Assembly (NCBI GenBank): GCA_963664325.2 | Contig: CAXXDQ010000005.1 | Coordinates: forward strand, 159,277 to 223,276 | From: Desulfomonilia bacterium | GTDB lineage: Bacteria; Desulfobacterota; Desulfomonilia; UBA1062 | DNA length: 64,000 nt | Direction of reading: 5' to 3' | In this document: one piece after another, positions 1-9,868 of the stretch | How the letters are laid out: every line of letters begins with the position of its first letter | Position numbering within the stretch: position 1 is the stretch's first letter | The notes under the pieces: model-generated | Databases searched by the model: none | Seen by the model: the letters and a program-made list of their open reading frames with translations, nothing else | What the model was told of the DNA's origin: nothing | Position numbers and translations under genes: made by a program

Positions 1-4
1 GGTC

Positions 5-772
5 GTGCTTGAAGCAAATCCCTCATATCTTGCCCGGGTCGCCCGCTTTGCCTGCAGGCATGATCTGAGGGTATATCAGCCGCCGGTAATTGTATTTACC
101 TATGAAAATCCGGGCATACTGGCGCGAAAACAAATAAGCAAGGTCTTCCGCTCACCGCTTGTCAGCTCCTACGGTTCAACCGAAGCTGGATATGTGTTGA
201 TGGAATGTGAACATGGAAAGCTCCATCAGGTCTCTAACTTTTGCCGGATCGACCTTGAATTCATGCGGCCTGAATACGGATATCCATGTGTCGGAAGGCT
301 GCTGCTGACAACACTGACCAATCCCTGGCGGTCATTGATAAGGTTCGATGTCGGCGATCTGGTACAGATCGATTCCAAGGGCATTTGCGAATGCGGACGA
401 AATGACGGATACATCTGCAAGGAAATTGCCGGACGGACGGCTGACCTTACCTATACGACGCAAAATCATCCCGTAACCACAGCCATGGTCGAATCTGTAA
501 TCAACAGGCTGGAACCTGTTGCCGATTATCAGATCTTTCAACGGGAAGGCATTTATAATGTCCACATTGTTCTTGAGGAATCAGCAGATGCTTCCCGCGC
601 GCTGGAGGAAGGAATAATCGAAAGTCTGCTGCCGTTGTATGGAGCTGGGGCTGTTATCAAGGTTCATTTTGTGCCGGAAATTGCCGTTGAACCGTCAGGC
701 AAATACCGCCGGACGCGCTCGGATATCGAACCGGACTATGATAAACTATTTGTGAAAGAGGTAGCGCCATGA
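5..772 (+). CDS. Phenylacetate-CoA ligase (PaaK)-like adenylate-forming protein, 5' part outside window
   Basis: Motifs YGSTEAG, LIRFDVGD, GR and C-terminal PSGKYR of the PaaK/AMP-binding family; N-terminus missing at window edge. Confidence 0.75.
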   Translation: MLEANPSYLARVARFACRHDLRVYQPPVIVFTYENPGILARKQISKVFRSPLVSSYGSTEAGYVLMECEHGKLHQVSNFCRIDLEFMRPEYGYPCVGRLLLTTLTNPWRSLIRFDVGDLVQIDSKGICECGRNDGYICKEIAGRTADLTYTTQNHPVTTAMVESVINRLEPVADYQIFQREGIYNVHIVLEESADASRALEEGIIESLLPLYGAGAVIKVHFVPEIAVEPSGKYRRTRSDIEPDYDKLFVKEVAP

Positions 773-1452
773 GCAGGCCAAGACCAACTGACATTTTTCT
801 GATTGCCGGAGGCATGCAGTCGAAAAACAATAAGGAAATGCTTGCCGAAGCGCTTGCCCTGATCAAAAAGAAAACTCCAGGCGTTGCCTATATCGGCACG
901 GCCAGCAATGATAACAAGGAATTCTTTTTGTGGATAAGACAGCTGTTTATGTCTGCAGGCGCCGGAGATGTCAGTCTTGTCCCCATCGTACGGCGGTTTG
1001 AACCGGACAAGGCCCGGGATATTTTGCTGTCGAGCGATATTGTCTTTGTAAGCGGCGGCGATGTGCATCTGGGTATGAAGTATCTGAACAGCAGAAAACT
1101 GGTAACTTTCCTCAGGGGAATCTATGACCAGGGAAAATTGTTCTGCGGCGTATCCGCCGGGGCGATCATGCTCTGCCGGAACTGGATGAACTGGCGCGAT
1201 CCTGATGATGACGACTCTGTCGAACTTCTTGATTGCCTTGGATTTGCGCCTCTTCTCTGTGATGTCCATGCGGAAGAAGACGATTGGGTGGAAATGAAAA
1301 GACTGCTTGGTTTCTTCCCTGAAGGTACAGCCGGTTACGGTATCCCGACCAATGGCGCTTTACGGGTTGCCCCTAGCGGCAAAATCACGCCTGTCGGTTC
1401 TGCCCCGGTACGCTTTATCAAAAGGGGTGCTGACATAATATCGGTTGATTAA
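769..1452 (+). CDS. Peptidase S51 family (peptidase E/cyanophycinase-like, GATase1-like fold)
   Basis: YIGTAS, VFVSGGD and nucleophile elbow GVSAGA; ATGA overlap with the upstream gene. Confidence 0.75.
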   Translation: MSRPRPTDIFLIAGGMQSKNNKEMLAEALALIKKKTPGVAYIGTASNDNKEFFLWIRQLFMSAGAGDVSLVPIVRRFEPDKARDILLSSDIVFVSGGDVHLGMKYLNSRKLVTFLRGIYDQGKLFCGVSAGAIMLCRNWMNWRDPDDDDSVELLDCLGFAPLLCDVHAEEDDWVEMKRLLGFFPEGTAGYGIPTNGALRVAPSGKITPVGSAPVRFIKRGADIISVD

Positions 1453-2122
1453 TGTTGTATTATTATTTGATCCGAATAAATTTTTAAAGAAAAGTCTCTA
1501 TACGATCATCACAGGGTCATTTCTCTTGATGATTCTGTATCGTGCCATGTAGACTTCTGGTCTGGTTTTCCGGTTTCTGGAAGGAATAATAAAAAATGAA
1601 GGGAATGCATCCCAATCCTGAAAGCATTCCCATTTGTGTATTATATATTCAATCAGCTCGGTCGATTCTTGATTTCCTGCTTTCCCCCTTGTTGTCAGGA
1701 CCACAACCGTCTTTCTCATTTATTAAGCCCTCCACTGTTTTGTCTTATGTTGTTGTATTGAGCTATACAGACAATGAAGCAACAGTTGTGCCTTACTTTA
1801 CCGCCAAAGTGATTATTTAAGCTGATTGAATGTAACATAATGAATATATAAGGTATTATGTTAGTGTTCTGAGGACTGCGATGACGGTTTAATGCAGGGT
1901 GATAGGTAAGAATATGTTGTTAAATAGAAAAATGCTTCATGTTTAAGTAAAACTATTTCCCATTAATGTGTTAATGATTAACAAATGCTTTGCCTGAACA
2001 TTACAGGACGTCCCAAGACTGGGCGGAGCATTATCTTGACTTGTGGAGCAATGGTCTTATAATTCAAACCTTGTTGAATTCATCGTTTCCAATCTTGGGC
2101 AAATGGCCTGGAGGAGGTTACA

Positions 2123-2643
2123 ATGAAAAATTCATTCGTATTTCTTATTACAGCTGTTATCACAACCATGATGAGCGGGTGCATCCTGTCCAAAATACCA
2201 GATCATGATGCTGTCACCGTGATATTGGGCGAGCAGATAACATTCAGTGTCAAGGTATATCCGTCAAATGAAATCTATACCTGGACCTTGGATGGGGCAA
2301 CACTTTCGAATACCGGGAAATCTTTTGTGTACATCGTGCAGGAAGGAAAGCACACTCTTACGGTAAAGACGGTGCATGCACTGGTTGCAGATAAGCAGAC
2401 CTGGAATATCTATGGACACATCCCTCCAGTTGCAAATGCCGGAGGCGATGAATCGGTAGCCATTGATTCAACACCCAAATTTCTTTGGGGCTCAGACTCG
2501 ACTCATCGGAGATCAATATTGTTTCCCATGAGCGGCAGCGGAATGACGGATTAACCTTAACGCTGACCGATACAAGAGACCCTGGTGATTCCGGGGCCCG
2601 AATAGACATGTTTTCACCCATCGCTTTTATATTGGTTAAGTGA
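2123..2643 (+). pseudogene. Degenerate lipoprotein with Ig-like/PKD domains
   Basis: Lipobox-like MSGC and PKD start PPVANAG; ORF stops at 2554 while PKD-like residues (NIVSHERQRNDGLTLTLTD) continue in another frame. Confidence 0.5.
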
Positions 2644-2715
2644 GACGAGAAAACCCGGACTGGTTTTCCTAGAGTTACCCATGCGGGTTTATCTGAAATG
2701 TAAAAACTAAAAAAC

Positions 2716-2791
2716 TGGTGCCCCCGGCAGGAATCGGACCTGCGACACCAGGATTAGGAATCCTGTGCTCTATCCACTGAGCTACGGGGGC
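2716..2791 (-). tRNA. tRNA-Arg(CCU)
   Basis: Reverse complement GCCCCCGTAGCTCAGTGGATAGAGCACAGGATTCCTAATCCTGGTGTCGCAGGTCCGATTCCTGCCGGGGGCACCA: cloverleaf, anticodon CCT, encoded CCA. Confidence 0.95.
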
Positions 2792-2886
2792 ACGAGGTAT
2801 TTTTCTTAATATCATGGGCTCGCTAACGTCAAGCGGAAAATGCCTGCTTGTGGGATGGGATTTCATAAGATATAGCTTTTGGCAGC

Positions 2887-4134
2887 ATGAAAAAAACCGA
2901 GATACTCTCGCCTGCGGGAAACCGCGAAATGCTTGAGACCGCCTGCCTTTACGGTGCGGATGCCGTTTATTTGGGCCTGTCGGGAGGCATGAATCTGAGG
3001 GCCAGGGCCGGCGGCTTTTCGCCGGAGACATTAAGCGGTGCTGTGGCATATGCCCATGAAAGAAGCGCCAGGGTCTACCTGACGCTCAACATATACCCGC
3101 ATGACGATGATATCGGTCTTGTCAGGGAATGCATAGAAACCGCCAGAAATGCCGGAGTCGATGCGATCATCGTCTCGGATATCGGCGTGGCCTCTCTCGT
3201 GAAGAGCATCTGGCCCCGGGCGACGCTCCATCTCAGCACACAGGCGAACACAGTGAATGTGCCCGCCATAAAAGCCTGGGAAGGATTCGGGATAAAAAGG
3301 GTGATACTGGCCAGGGAACTGTCTGCCGGCGAGATAGGCTATATAAGGAAGAACGTCTCCGCCGAGCTTGAAGTGTTCATCCATGGCAGCGTCTGCATAT
3401 CCGTTTCAGGCCGGTGCCTCATAAGCAGCTATTTGAACGCAAGGGATGCCAACAGGGGGGAATGCACGCAGCCGTGCAGGTGGGACTACGCGCTGCTTGA
3501 AAAGACCAGACCGTCTGAGTACATGCCCGTTGTCGAGGAGGACGGGTTTACCTATCTTTACAATTCAAAGGACATCTGTATCCTGCCTGTTTTTGCCGAT
3601 GTCATGAGTCTCGGCCTTGATGGCCTGAAGATCGAGGGCCGGAACAGGACCCCGCTGTATGTGGCGACCGTCACCTCGGTTTACAGGCAGGCTAGGGACG
3701 CCTATCTTGCAGATCCCGAAGGTTTTTTTATCAAGCCCACCTGGCTTGAGGAGATAAAAAAAACCAGCAACCGCGAATACTTCACGGGCTTTTTTACAGG
3801 TATTCCGGGCGCGGACAGCCTGAAGTATGATTTTACGGGATATATGCACAGCCATCACCTTGCCGCCCGCATAATCTCAACCAATGGCAACAGGGCTTTG
3901 CTCGAGGCGAGAAACCCGCTCATCGAAGGCATGGAGCTTGAATGGATGTCCGCATCAGGCGAGAGGCAGACATTCACATTAAGCGGTGCGGCTGCAAACG
4001 GCGTACCGCAGCCGAAGATCAGGCCCAACAGCATTTTTGAGATGGAGCTGCCTTTCAGGCCGCTTGCCGGCGAGCTCATCAGAAAGCCCTACAGCGAAGG
4101 CGACAGGGTCGTTGAAAGGCGCGGGAAGAAATGA
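2887..4134 (+). CDS. U32 family peptidase-like Fe-S protein (TrhP/YegQ-type tRNA hydroxylation)
   Basis: EILSPAG, GADAVY, HLSTQAN, HGSVCISVSGRC..NRGECTQPCRW, LKIEGR. Confidence 0.88.
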   Translation: MKKTEILSPAGNREMLETACLYGADAVYLGLSGGMNLRARAGGFSPETLSGAVAYAHERSARVYLTLNIYPHDDDIGLVRECIETARNAGVDAIIVSDIGVASLVKSIWPRATLHLSTQANTVNVPAIKAWEGFGIKRVILARELSAGEIGYIRKNVSAELEVFIHGSVCISVSGRCLISSYLNARDANRGECTQPCRWDYALLEKTRPSEYMPVVEEDGFTYLYNSKDICILPVFADVMSLGLDGLKIEGRNRTPLYVATVTSVYRQARDAYLADPEGFFIKPTWLEEIKKTSNREYFTGFFTGIPGADSLKYDFTGYMHSHHLAARIISTNGNRALLEARNPLIEGMELEWMSASGERQTFTLSGAAANGVPQPKIRPNSIFEMELPFRPLAGELIRKPYSEGDRVVERRGKK

Positions 4135-5999
4135 AGGACCTTTTCGACGGGCTGAATGAGGAGCAGAAAAGGGCTGCAAAGCATATCAACGGGCCTCTCC
4201 TTATATTCGCCGGGGCGGGCTCAGGCAAGACCCGGGTGATCGTCCACCGGGTGGCAAACCTGATAAACAGCGGAATCAACCCGCACCGCATCCTCTGCCT
4301 GACCTTCACCAACAAGGCGGCCGGCGAGATGAAGGACCGGCTTGCCAGAATGCTCGGCAATGCATCATCGGGGTTGTGGGCCGGAACGTTCCACTCATTC
4401 GGGGCCTGGATGCTCAGGCGTGAGGCTCACAGGATGGGATATCCTCAGGGCTTTACCATATATGATGCGGCGGATACGCGTTCGCTGATCTCAAAGTGCC
4501 TGAAAGACCTCAGGATCAAAACGAACAAGGGGACCGACTCCCAGATTGCCTGGCTCATCTCCATGGCCAAGGACACGCTTCAGGATTACAAATATTTCAA
4601 CCTGCGGCTCAGTTTCGACCCTGTCCCTGTGATAAGCCTGTACGAAGAAAGGAAAAGGGAATACGGGGCCTTTGATTTCGGTGATCTCCTGAAGGTTCCG
4701 GGGCAGATCCTGAACGAGTTTCCGGAAGTAAGAAGGCATTACCATGAGATGTTCCCCTATATCCTTGTCGACGAATACCAGGACACCAATATGGCCCAGT
4801 ACGTCATGCTCATGGGGCTCATATCGGGCGAGAAGAATATATGCGTGGTCGGCGACGACGACCAGTCCATATACGGCTGGCGCGGTGCGGATGTCGGCAA
4901 TATCCTCAGGTTCAAGGAGGACTTCCCCGAGGCCCGGGTCATTACCCTCGAGCAGAACTACCGCTCAACAGAGGAAATTCTCAATGCCGCGTCCTCGCTC
5001 ATTTCATATAATTCAAGGCGGGCTCCGAAGATACTGAAGACGGTGAAGAAGGAAACCGGAGGCGTCACTTTAAAGGAATATCCCGATGACGATGCGGAGG
5101 CGGCCAACGTTTCGCGGGCCATAGCCAGGCTTACCGAAGATGGCACCAATCCCGCCGATATCGGCGTATTTTACAGAATCAACGCCATCTCGCGCGTGGT
5201 GGAGGAAAATCTTGTCCGCCGCGGCATACCGTATGCGGTATACGGGGGCGTGAGGTTTTACGAGCGCAGGGAGATAAAGGACGTGCTTGCATACCTGCGC
5301 ATAATAGCCAACCCCAGGGATGAGGACGCGCTTGGCAGGATTATCAACACACCCGGCCGAGGCATCGGTCCCAAGACATTCCTTTCGCTCAGGGAGTATG
5401 CGAAGAAGAAAGGCCTTCCGACGACCTTTGAAGGGCTTAAAGAGGCCCTTGACGCTGGCTTCGTCAAGGGAAAGGCGGCCGAAGGGCTCAGGGATTTCCT
5501 GACCCAGACGGGAAGGATAAAAGAGGCCTCGTCAAATCTTGACGTCGCCGGCCTGATCAGCATGACGCTCGACATCACGGGACTGAAGGAAGAGATAAAA
5601 TCGGAGGTCGACGGCGAGGACCGGCTCACCAACCTGAACGAGCTTGTTGCGAGCGCATACGGCGCAACGGACCTCCAGGAGTTCCTGGCGGAAAAATCGC
5701 TCATATCGAACACGGACAGGGAGGAAGGCGAAACGGTCAGCGTCATGACGCTTCACATGTCAAAAGGCCTTGAATTCGACCACGTGTTCATCCTCGGGCT
5801 TGAGGAAGGCATACTGCCACACTCCAGATCGATGACTGAAAATTCCGATATCGAAGAGGAAAGAAGACTCCTGTATGTCGGCATAACACGGGCCAGAAAG
5901 CAGGCGCATCTTTCATGGGCAAGGGTCCGGGCGCTTTACGGCCGGGAATCGTTCCAGTATCCGTCCGGGTTCCTTAACGAAATAAGGGACGGGCTGTAA
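4131..5999 (+). CDS. pcrA: ATP-dependent DNA helicase UvrD/PcrA
   Basis: AGAGSGKT, TFTNKAA, VDEYQDTN, VGDDDQSIY, NYRS, TLHMSKGLEF, EERRLLYVGITRA. Confidence 0.92.
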   Translation: MKDLFDGLNEEQKRAAKHINGPLLIFAGAGSGKTRVIVHRVANLINSGINPHRILCLTFTNKAAGEMKDRLARMLGNASSGLWAGTFHSFGAWMLRREAHRMGYPQGFTIYDAADTRSLISKCLKDLRIKTNKGTDSQIAWLISMAKDTLQDYKYFNLRLSFDPVPVISLYEERKREYGAFDFGDLLKVPGQILNEFPEVRRHYHEMFPYILVDEYQDTNMAQYVMLMGLISGEKNICVVGDDDQSIYGWRGADVGNILRFKEDFPEARVITLEQNYRSTEEILNAASSLISYNSRRAPKILKTVKKETGGVTLKEYPDDDAEAANVSRAIARLTEDGTNPADIGVFYRINAISRVVEENLVRRGIPYAVYGGVRFYERREIKDVLAYLRIIANPRDEDALGRIINTPGRGIGPKTFLSLREYAKKKGLPTTFEGLKEALDAGFVKGKAAEGLRDFLTQTGRIKEASSNLDVAGLISMTLDITGLKEEIKSEVDGEDRLTNLNELVASAYGATDLQEFLAEKSLISNTDREEGETVSVMTLHMSKGLEFDHVFILGLEEGILPHSRSMTENSDIEEERRLLYVGITRARKQAHLSWARVRALYGRESFQYPSGFLNEIRDGL

Positions 6000-6032
6000 A
6001 CCCTTCCGGCCTGTTCCCCGACTTTAAATTGC

Positions 6033-6965
6033 CTATTTGTTCCGTGCGAGCGAGATCAGGTACAGGATGTCATGAGCCAGAGTGGCGCCTGCCAGGGCGG
6101 TAATCCGGCCCGGGGAATCGTAAGGCGGGCAGACCTCAACCAGGTCTCCGCCCACGATCTTCAAACCCGCAAGCCCCTTGAGTATCCGCCTTGCCGTGTG
6201 CGTGCTCGGACCGCCTACCACGGGGGTCCCTGTTCCCGGGGCATAGGCCGGATCGAGAAAGTCGATGTCAAAGGTGATGTATGCCGGATGATCACCAACG
6301 ATGCTCCGGATCTTTTCTATTGCAGGTGCGGCGCCGTTTTCCAGAACCCAGTCCGCATGAAGGATATTGAAGCCCTGCGTATCCGGGTTGGGAGTGCGGA
6401 TTCCCAGCTGTATCGAACGGGACGCATCCACGAGCCCTTCCTTCATGGCCAGAAAGAACATGGTACCGTGGTTCAGTTCATCGCCCATGTCCCAGGAATC
6501 CGAGTGCGAATCAAAGTGAATCAGCGAAAGAGGGCCATACTTGTTCGCATGGGCCTTGAGCAGCGGATATGTCACCATGTGATCTCCGCCTAGAGAGAGT
6601 ACGGACAATCCTGCGTCAAGGATTTTTCCGACATGTTCGGCGACTGTGGAGAGCATGCGGTCGGGGTATCCGGGAAAAAACGCCAGGTCGCTGTAGTCGA
6701 TCACGTTGTGACGCTCAAAGACGTTGAATTCCCAGGGCCAGAGCCCCCAGGGGTACATTCCGCTCACGGAAGACTGCTCGCGTATCGCCCTCGGGCCGAA
6801 GCGTGTGCCGGGGCGGTTGGACGTGCTGAGATCGAAAGGGATGCCCACTACGGCGATGTCCGCCCCTGTCAGATCACGAGTGTATTTGCGCCGGGCGAAA
6901 GAGAGCTCCCCCGCATACATGGCGTCATAGATCACCGATTGACTTAAATCATGACCGAGTGGCAT
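6033..6965 (-). CDS. speB: Agmatinase (ureohydrolase)
   Basis: GGDH, DSHSD, FDIDFLDPAYAPGTGTP, DLVEV. Confidence 0.88.
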   Translation of the reverse strand: MPLGHDLSQSVIYDAMYAGELSFARRKYTRDLTGADIAVVGIPFDLSTSNRPGTRFGPRAIREQSSVSGMYPWGLWPWEFNVFERHNVIDYSDLAFFPGYPDRMLSTVAEHVGKILDAGLSVLSLGGDHMVTYPLLKAHANKYGPLSLIHFDSHSDSWDMGDELNHGTMFFLAMKEGLVDASRSIQLGIRTPNPDTQGFNILHADWVLENGAAPAIEKIRSIVGDHPAYITFDIDFLDPAYAPGTGTPVVGGPSTHTARRILKGLAGLKIVGGDLVEVCPPYDSPGRITALAGATLAHDILYLISLARNK

Positions 6966-7291
6966 GCAATGCTCCTCCTTTCCTGATCAACCGTGAGGCA
7001 TCAGGTCTTGATTTGTGGAAATTTATATATCCAGCCATTGTTTTGAATACTTTCTCCTTTTCAGATAATTGAATATACCATCGCTGATTCTACTATACCC
7101 GGAACTTAAATATCCAATGGGAATTAAAAACAATGGCATCGGCGGGGCATTACTCAATCGAAGGGGAAAGAGGGCCCCTCTTTCCCGGCATGTTAAAAGC
7201 CGGAAACAGGGCGCATCTTTGCTGACGGAAGGGGCGGATTTTTCCTGCCGGTTACAGAGCTTAAGGAATGGATTCTGAAAGCTGCAAGAAG

Positions 7292-8983
7292 CTATTTTGA
7301 ATCTGTTGCAATGAAGATCATGGAGTCCTTTTTGCCCATGCTGTCTTTTATTCTGGCAGTAATAATATGCGGCCCGGGACTCAACTTTGCTGCATCAATT
7401 TCTGCACTGTAAATAATACCGCCGTTGTGCATCGCGCCAATCCAGCTGCCTGAATCGATTTTGTAAGCGACGCTTTCTATCGGATAGAGACTGTAGGCAT
7501 TGAGTATCAGCGGGAGTGTTCCCTTCAGGATTTGAAGCGTGGAAACGCCGGTTTCAAGACCTTCCTCATTGCCATAAACGCAGAATGTATAGGCGTTCAG
7601 AACATCGATGTCGGTGAAGGACAGCTTTCCATAACCCAGCCTTGTTCCTGCAGGGTCTGCAAAGCAGATATCCCGTTCCTGTTTAAAGGCCTTGTATGAA
7701 GAACTTAAGATTTCAGGTGCTACAGTAAGGATGCGGTAGCCCTGAGGGGTGCCGTCAGCATTTGCATTGATTCCTGTATCTGACATACAGGGATAAAGGA
7801 TATCCATGATACTGTTGAAGCCGGGCCCCCACCATGCGCCGCAAACTGCTCCGTTTGTTACATGAAGGGTCCCTTTTTCCTTAAATAAACCGTTAGAATG
7901 AGTGTGTCCGAAAAACACTACAGAGACTTTGTATTTTTCAAAAAGTTCAAGGATGGATTCCCTGTCGACCCATACGTCGGGCGGCTTATTCAGAAGTTTC
8001 TTTACAATATATTCGATGGTGTTCTCGGTATTGTCTACAGGTTCATGGAAGAAGACCAGGATGCGCTTGTTTTTGTTGAGCTCAAGGTCCGTTTCGAACC
8101 ATTGTTTCTGTGTTTCATCGAGTCCGTAGGTAAGTATTTTGCCATGGTCTCCTGACAGGATGTTTGTATCGAGCAGAATAAAATGGCAATCGGCATAATC
8201 GAACGAATGATAAAGCGGGCCGAAATAAGAACGATAGGCCGTTTTATAGAAGATCCTGTCGGAATCGGAATCGTTGTGGCCGGGATTTCCCATTGCATTG
8301 TAAACCGGAACGCCAAGTCTCGAGCAGGTTCTGACATAATTATCAAGTCCCGAAGTGTCTTCAGGCGTAACCCCGCTCTGGTCGCCGTTTGCAATTATGA
8401 AATCCGGCTTCGGGCTTAGGTACATGAATTCATCGATAAACTTGCTGAATGTCTCCAGAGGGTCCTGATTTGCTCCCCATTGGCCCTGGCCGGCAACCAC
8501 CTCAAAGTGTATGTCGTTCATAATCACACCTGAGTAAGCACGGGTAACCTCTGACGGGGTTAATGAGAAATAATAAAGCTGCTGTTGCGGTTCTGTTTTT
8601 CTGAAAAAAACAGGGATGTTGTTCATTGCAAGAGGCAGGTCATATCCGGCAGGTTTTGTTATATAGACATAATCAAAACCCTTGGGCAGTCTGAATATGC
8701 CCTTTTCATCCGTGATGGTGATGTCTTTTCCGTTGGTTACCTGTACGCCGGGAATGGGAGAGTCTTCGGTGGAGTAAATAAGGTCCTTGTCAGCATCAAC
8801 AAAGACTGCACCGCATATTGATTCGGAATCACATTCTATTTCAAGAGCGGGTAAAGATGATTTATCATCGGTTTCCTGATTGGCTGCCGGTGTTTCATAA
8901 TTTTTGGTCCCGGAACCGCTGCAGCCATAAAAAATCCATACTGCCAGAGAAAAAAATATTAAAAGAAAAAGAGAATTTTTCAT
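7292..8983 (-). CDS. Calcineurin-like metallophosphoesterase, probable lipoprotein
   Basis: Signal ending YGC; motifs DIH, NGD, GN..HN, FHEP, GHTH, GAWW. Confidence 0.8.
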   Translation of the reverse strand: MKNSLFLLIFFSLAVWIFYGCSGSGTKNYETPAANQETDDKSSLPALEIECDSESICGAVFVDADKDLIYSTEDSPIPGVQVTNGKDITITDEKGIFRLPKGFDYVYITKPAGYDLPLAMNNIPVFFRKTEPQQQLYYFSLTPSEVTRAYSGVIMNDIHFEVVAGQGQWGANQDPLETFSKFIDEFMYLSPKPDFIIANGDQSGVTPEDTSGLDNYVRTCSRLGVPVYNAMGNPGHNDSDSDRIFYKTAYRSYFGPLYHSFDYADCHFILLDTNILSGDHGKILTYGLDETQKQWFETDLELNKNKRILVFFHEPVDNTENTIEYIVKKLLNKPPDVWVDRESILELFEKYKVSVVFFGHTHSNGLFKEKGTLHVTNGAVCGAWWGPGFNSIMDILYPCMSDTGINANADGTPQGYRILTVAPEILSSSYKAFKQERDICFADPAGTRLGYGKLSFTDIDVLNAYTFCVYGNEEGLETGVSTLQILKGTLPLILNAYSLYPIESVAYKIDSGSWIGAMHNGGIIYSAEIDAAKLSPGPHIITARIKDSMGKKDSMIFIATDSK

Positions 8984-9348
8984 CTTGTCCTCCTCTCATA
9001 TGCTGAGTTCACAATATTGATGGCCGATTGCAATTCAGCGGTCAGGGTTGCTGTTTTTCCAAAATGAAATGGAATGTCAGCATTTTAAAGTAAAACTATA
9101 ATAGCAGGCAAATATATAGTGTCAATCCCCCTGAACAAGGGTGATCCGACTTTCTCTACCCCCTTCAAGATAAACACATCTTCATTCAGTAGATCACTGC
9201 AATCATGCAAGACTGGATTATTCAAAATGGCGGTTCCCTTGTCCTTACCGCCTTTACCTCCGGTTCAGCTTTGATTAGACATGAAGTCTGGCAATCTATG
9301 AGCTATTTTGTTGCCGTAAAGCAAATTCCAATATAGGTATTGAATAAA

Positions 9349-9762
9349 ATGAATTACTGTTTAGCCTATTGCGGATCGCGCTGTGATCTTTGTCCCAGAT
9401 ATCAGGCAACACTCAACGGAGACCGGGATCAACTGTCGGTGCTTGCAGAGCTCTGGTACCGTTGCGGATGGCGTGATCGTGTTTTGTCACCTGATGAGAT
9501 GTCATGCAGCGGGTGCTCAGAAACAATATGGTGCCGCTATGGTATACCTGGATGCGCTGCGAAAAAAGGGGTGCCGAATTGCGGAGTATGCAAGTCTTAT
9601 CAATCCTGCAAACGTCTGAATGAAATGTTTGCCAGCAACCATTATTACGATGAAAACTGCCAATTGAAATGTTCTGAAGAAGAATATGAAATGCTGCGAA
9701 AAGTTTGCTTTAATAAGAGGGAAAACCTCAATAACGCCGGGAAAAAGGGTCAAATAAAATAG
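9349..9762 (+). CDS. DUF3795-like Cys-rich protein
   Basis: AYCGxxCxxCPxY, CxGC, CAxxKGVxNCGxC pattern. Confidence 0.7.
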   Translation: MNYCLAYCGSRCDLCPRYQATLNGDRDQLSVLAELWYRCGWRDRVLSPDEMSCSGCSETIWCRYGIPGCAAKKGVPNCGVCKSYQSCKRLNEMFASNHYYDENCQLKCSEEEYEMLRKVCFNKRENLNNAGKKGQIK

Positions 9763-9868
9763 ATATTGCACTTTTTATTTCGATTGTAGCTTCATCATCT
9801 TAAAATATCGTTTTTTGTTGAGCATTACTTTTTACGAAGAAGCTGGAAACCGGCATGACCTGTAATTT

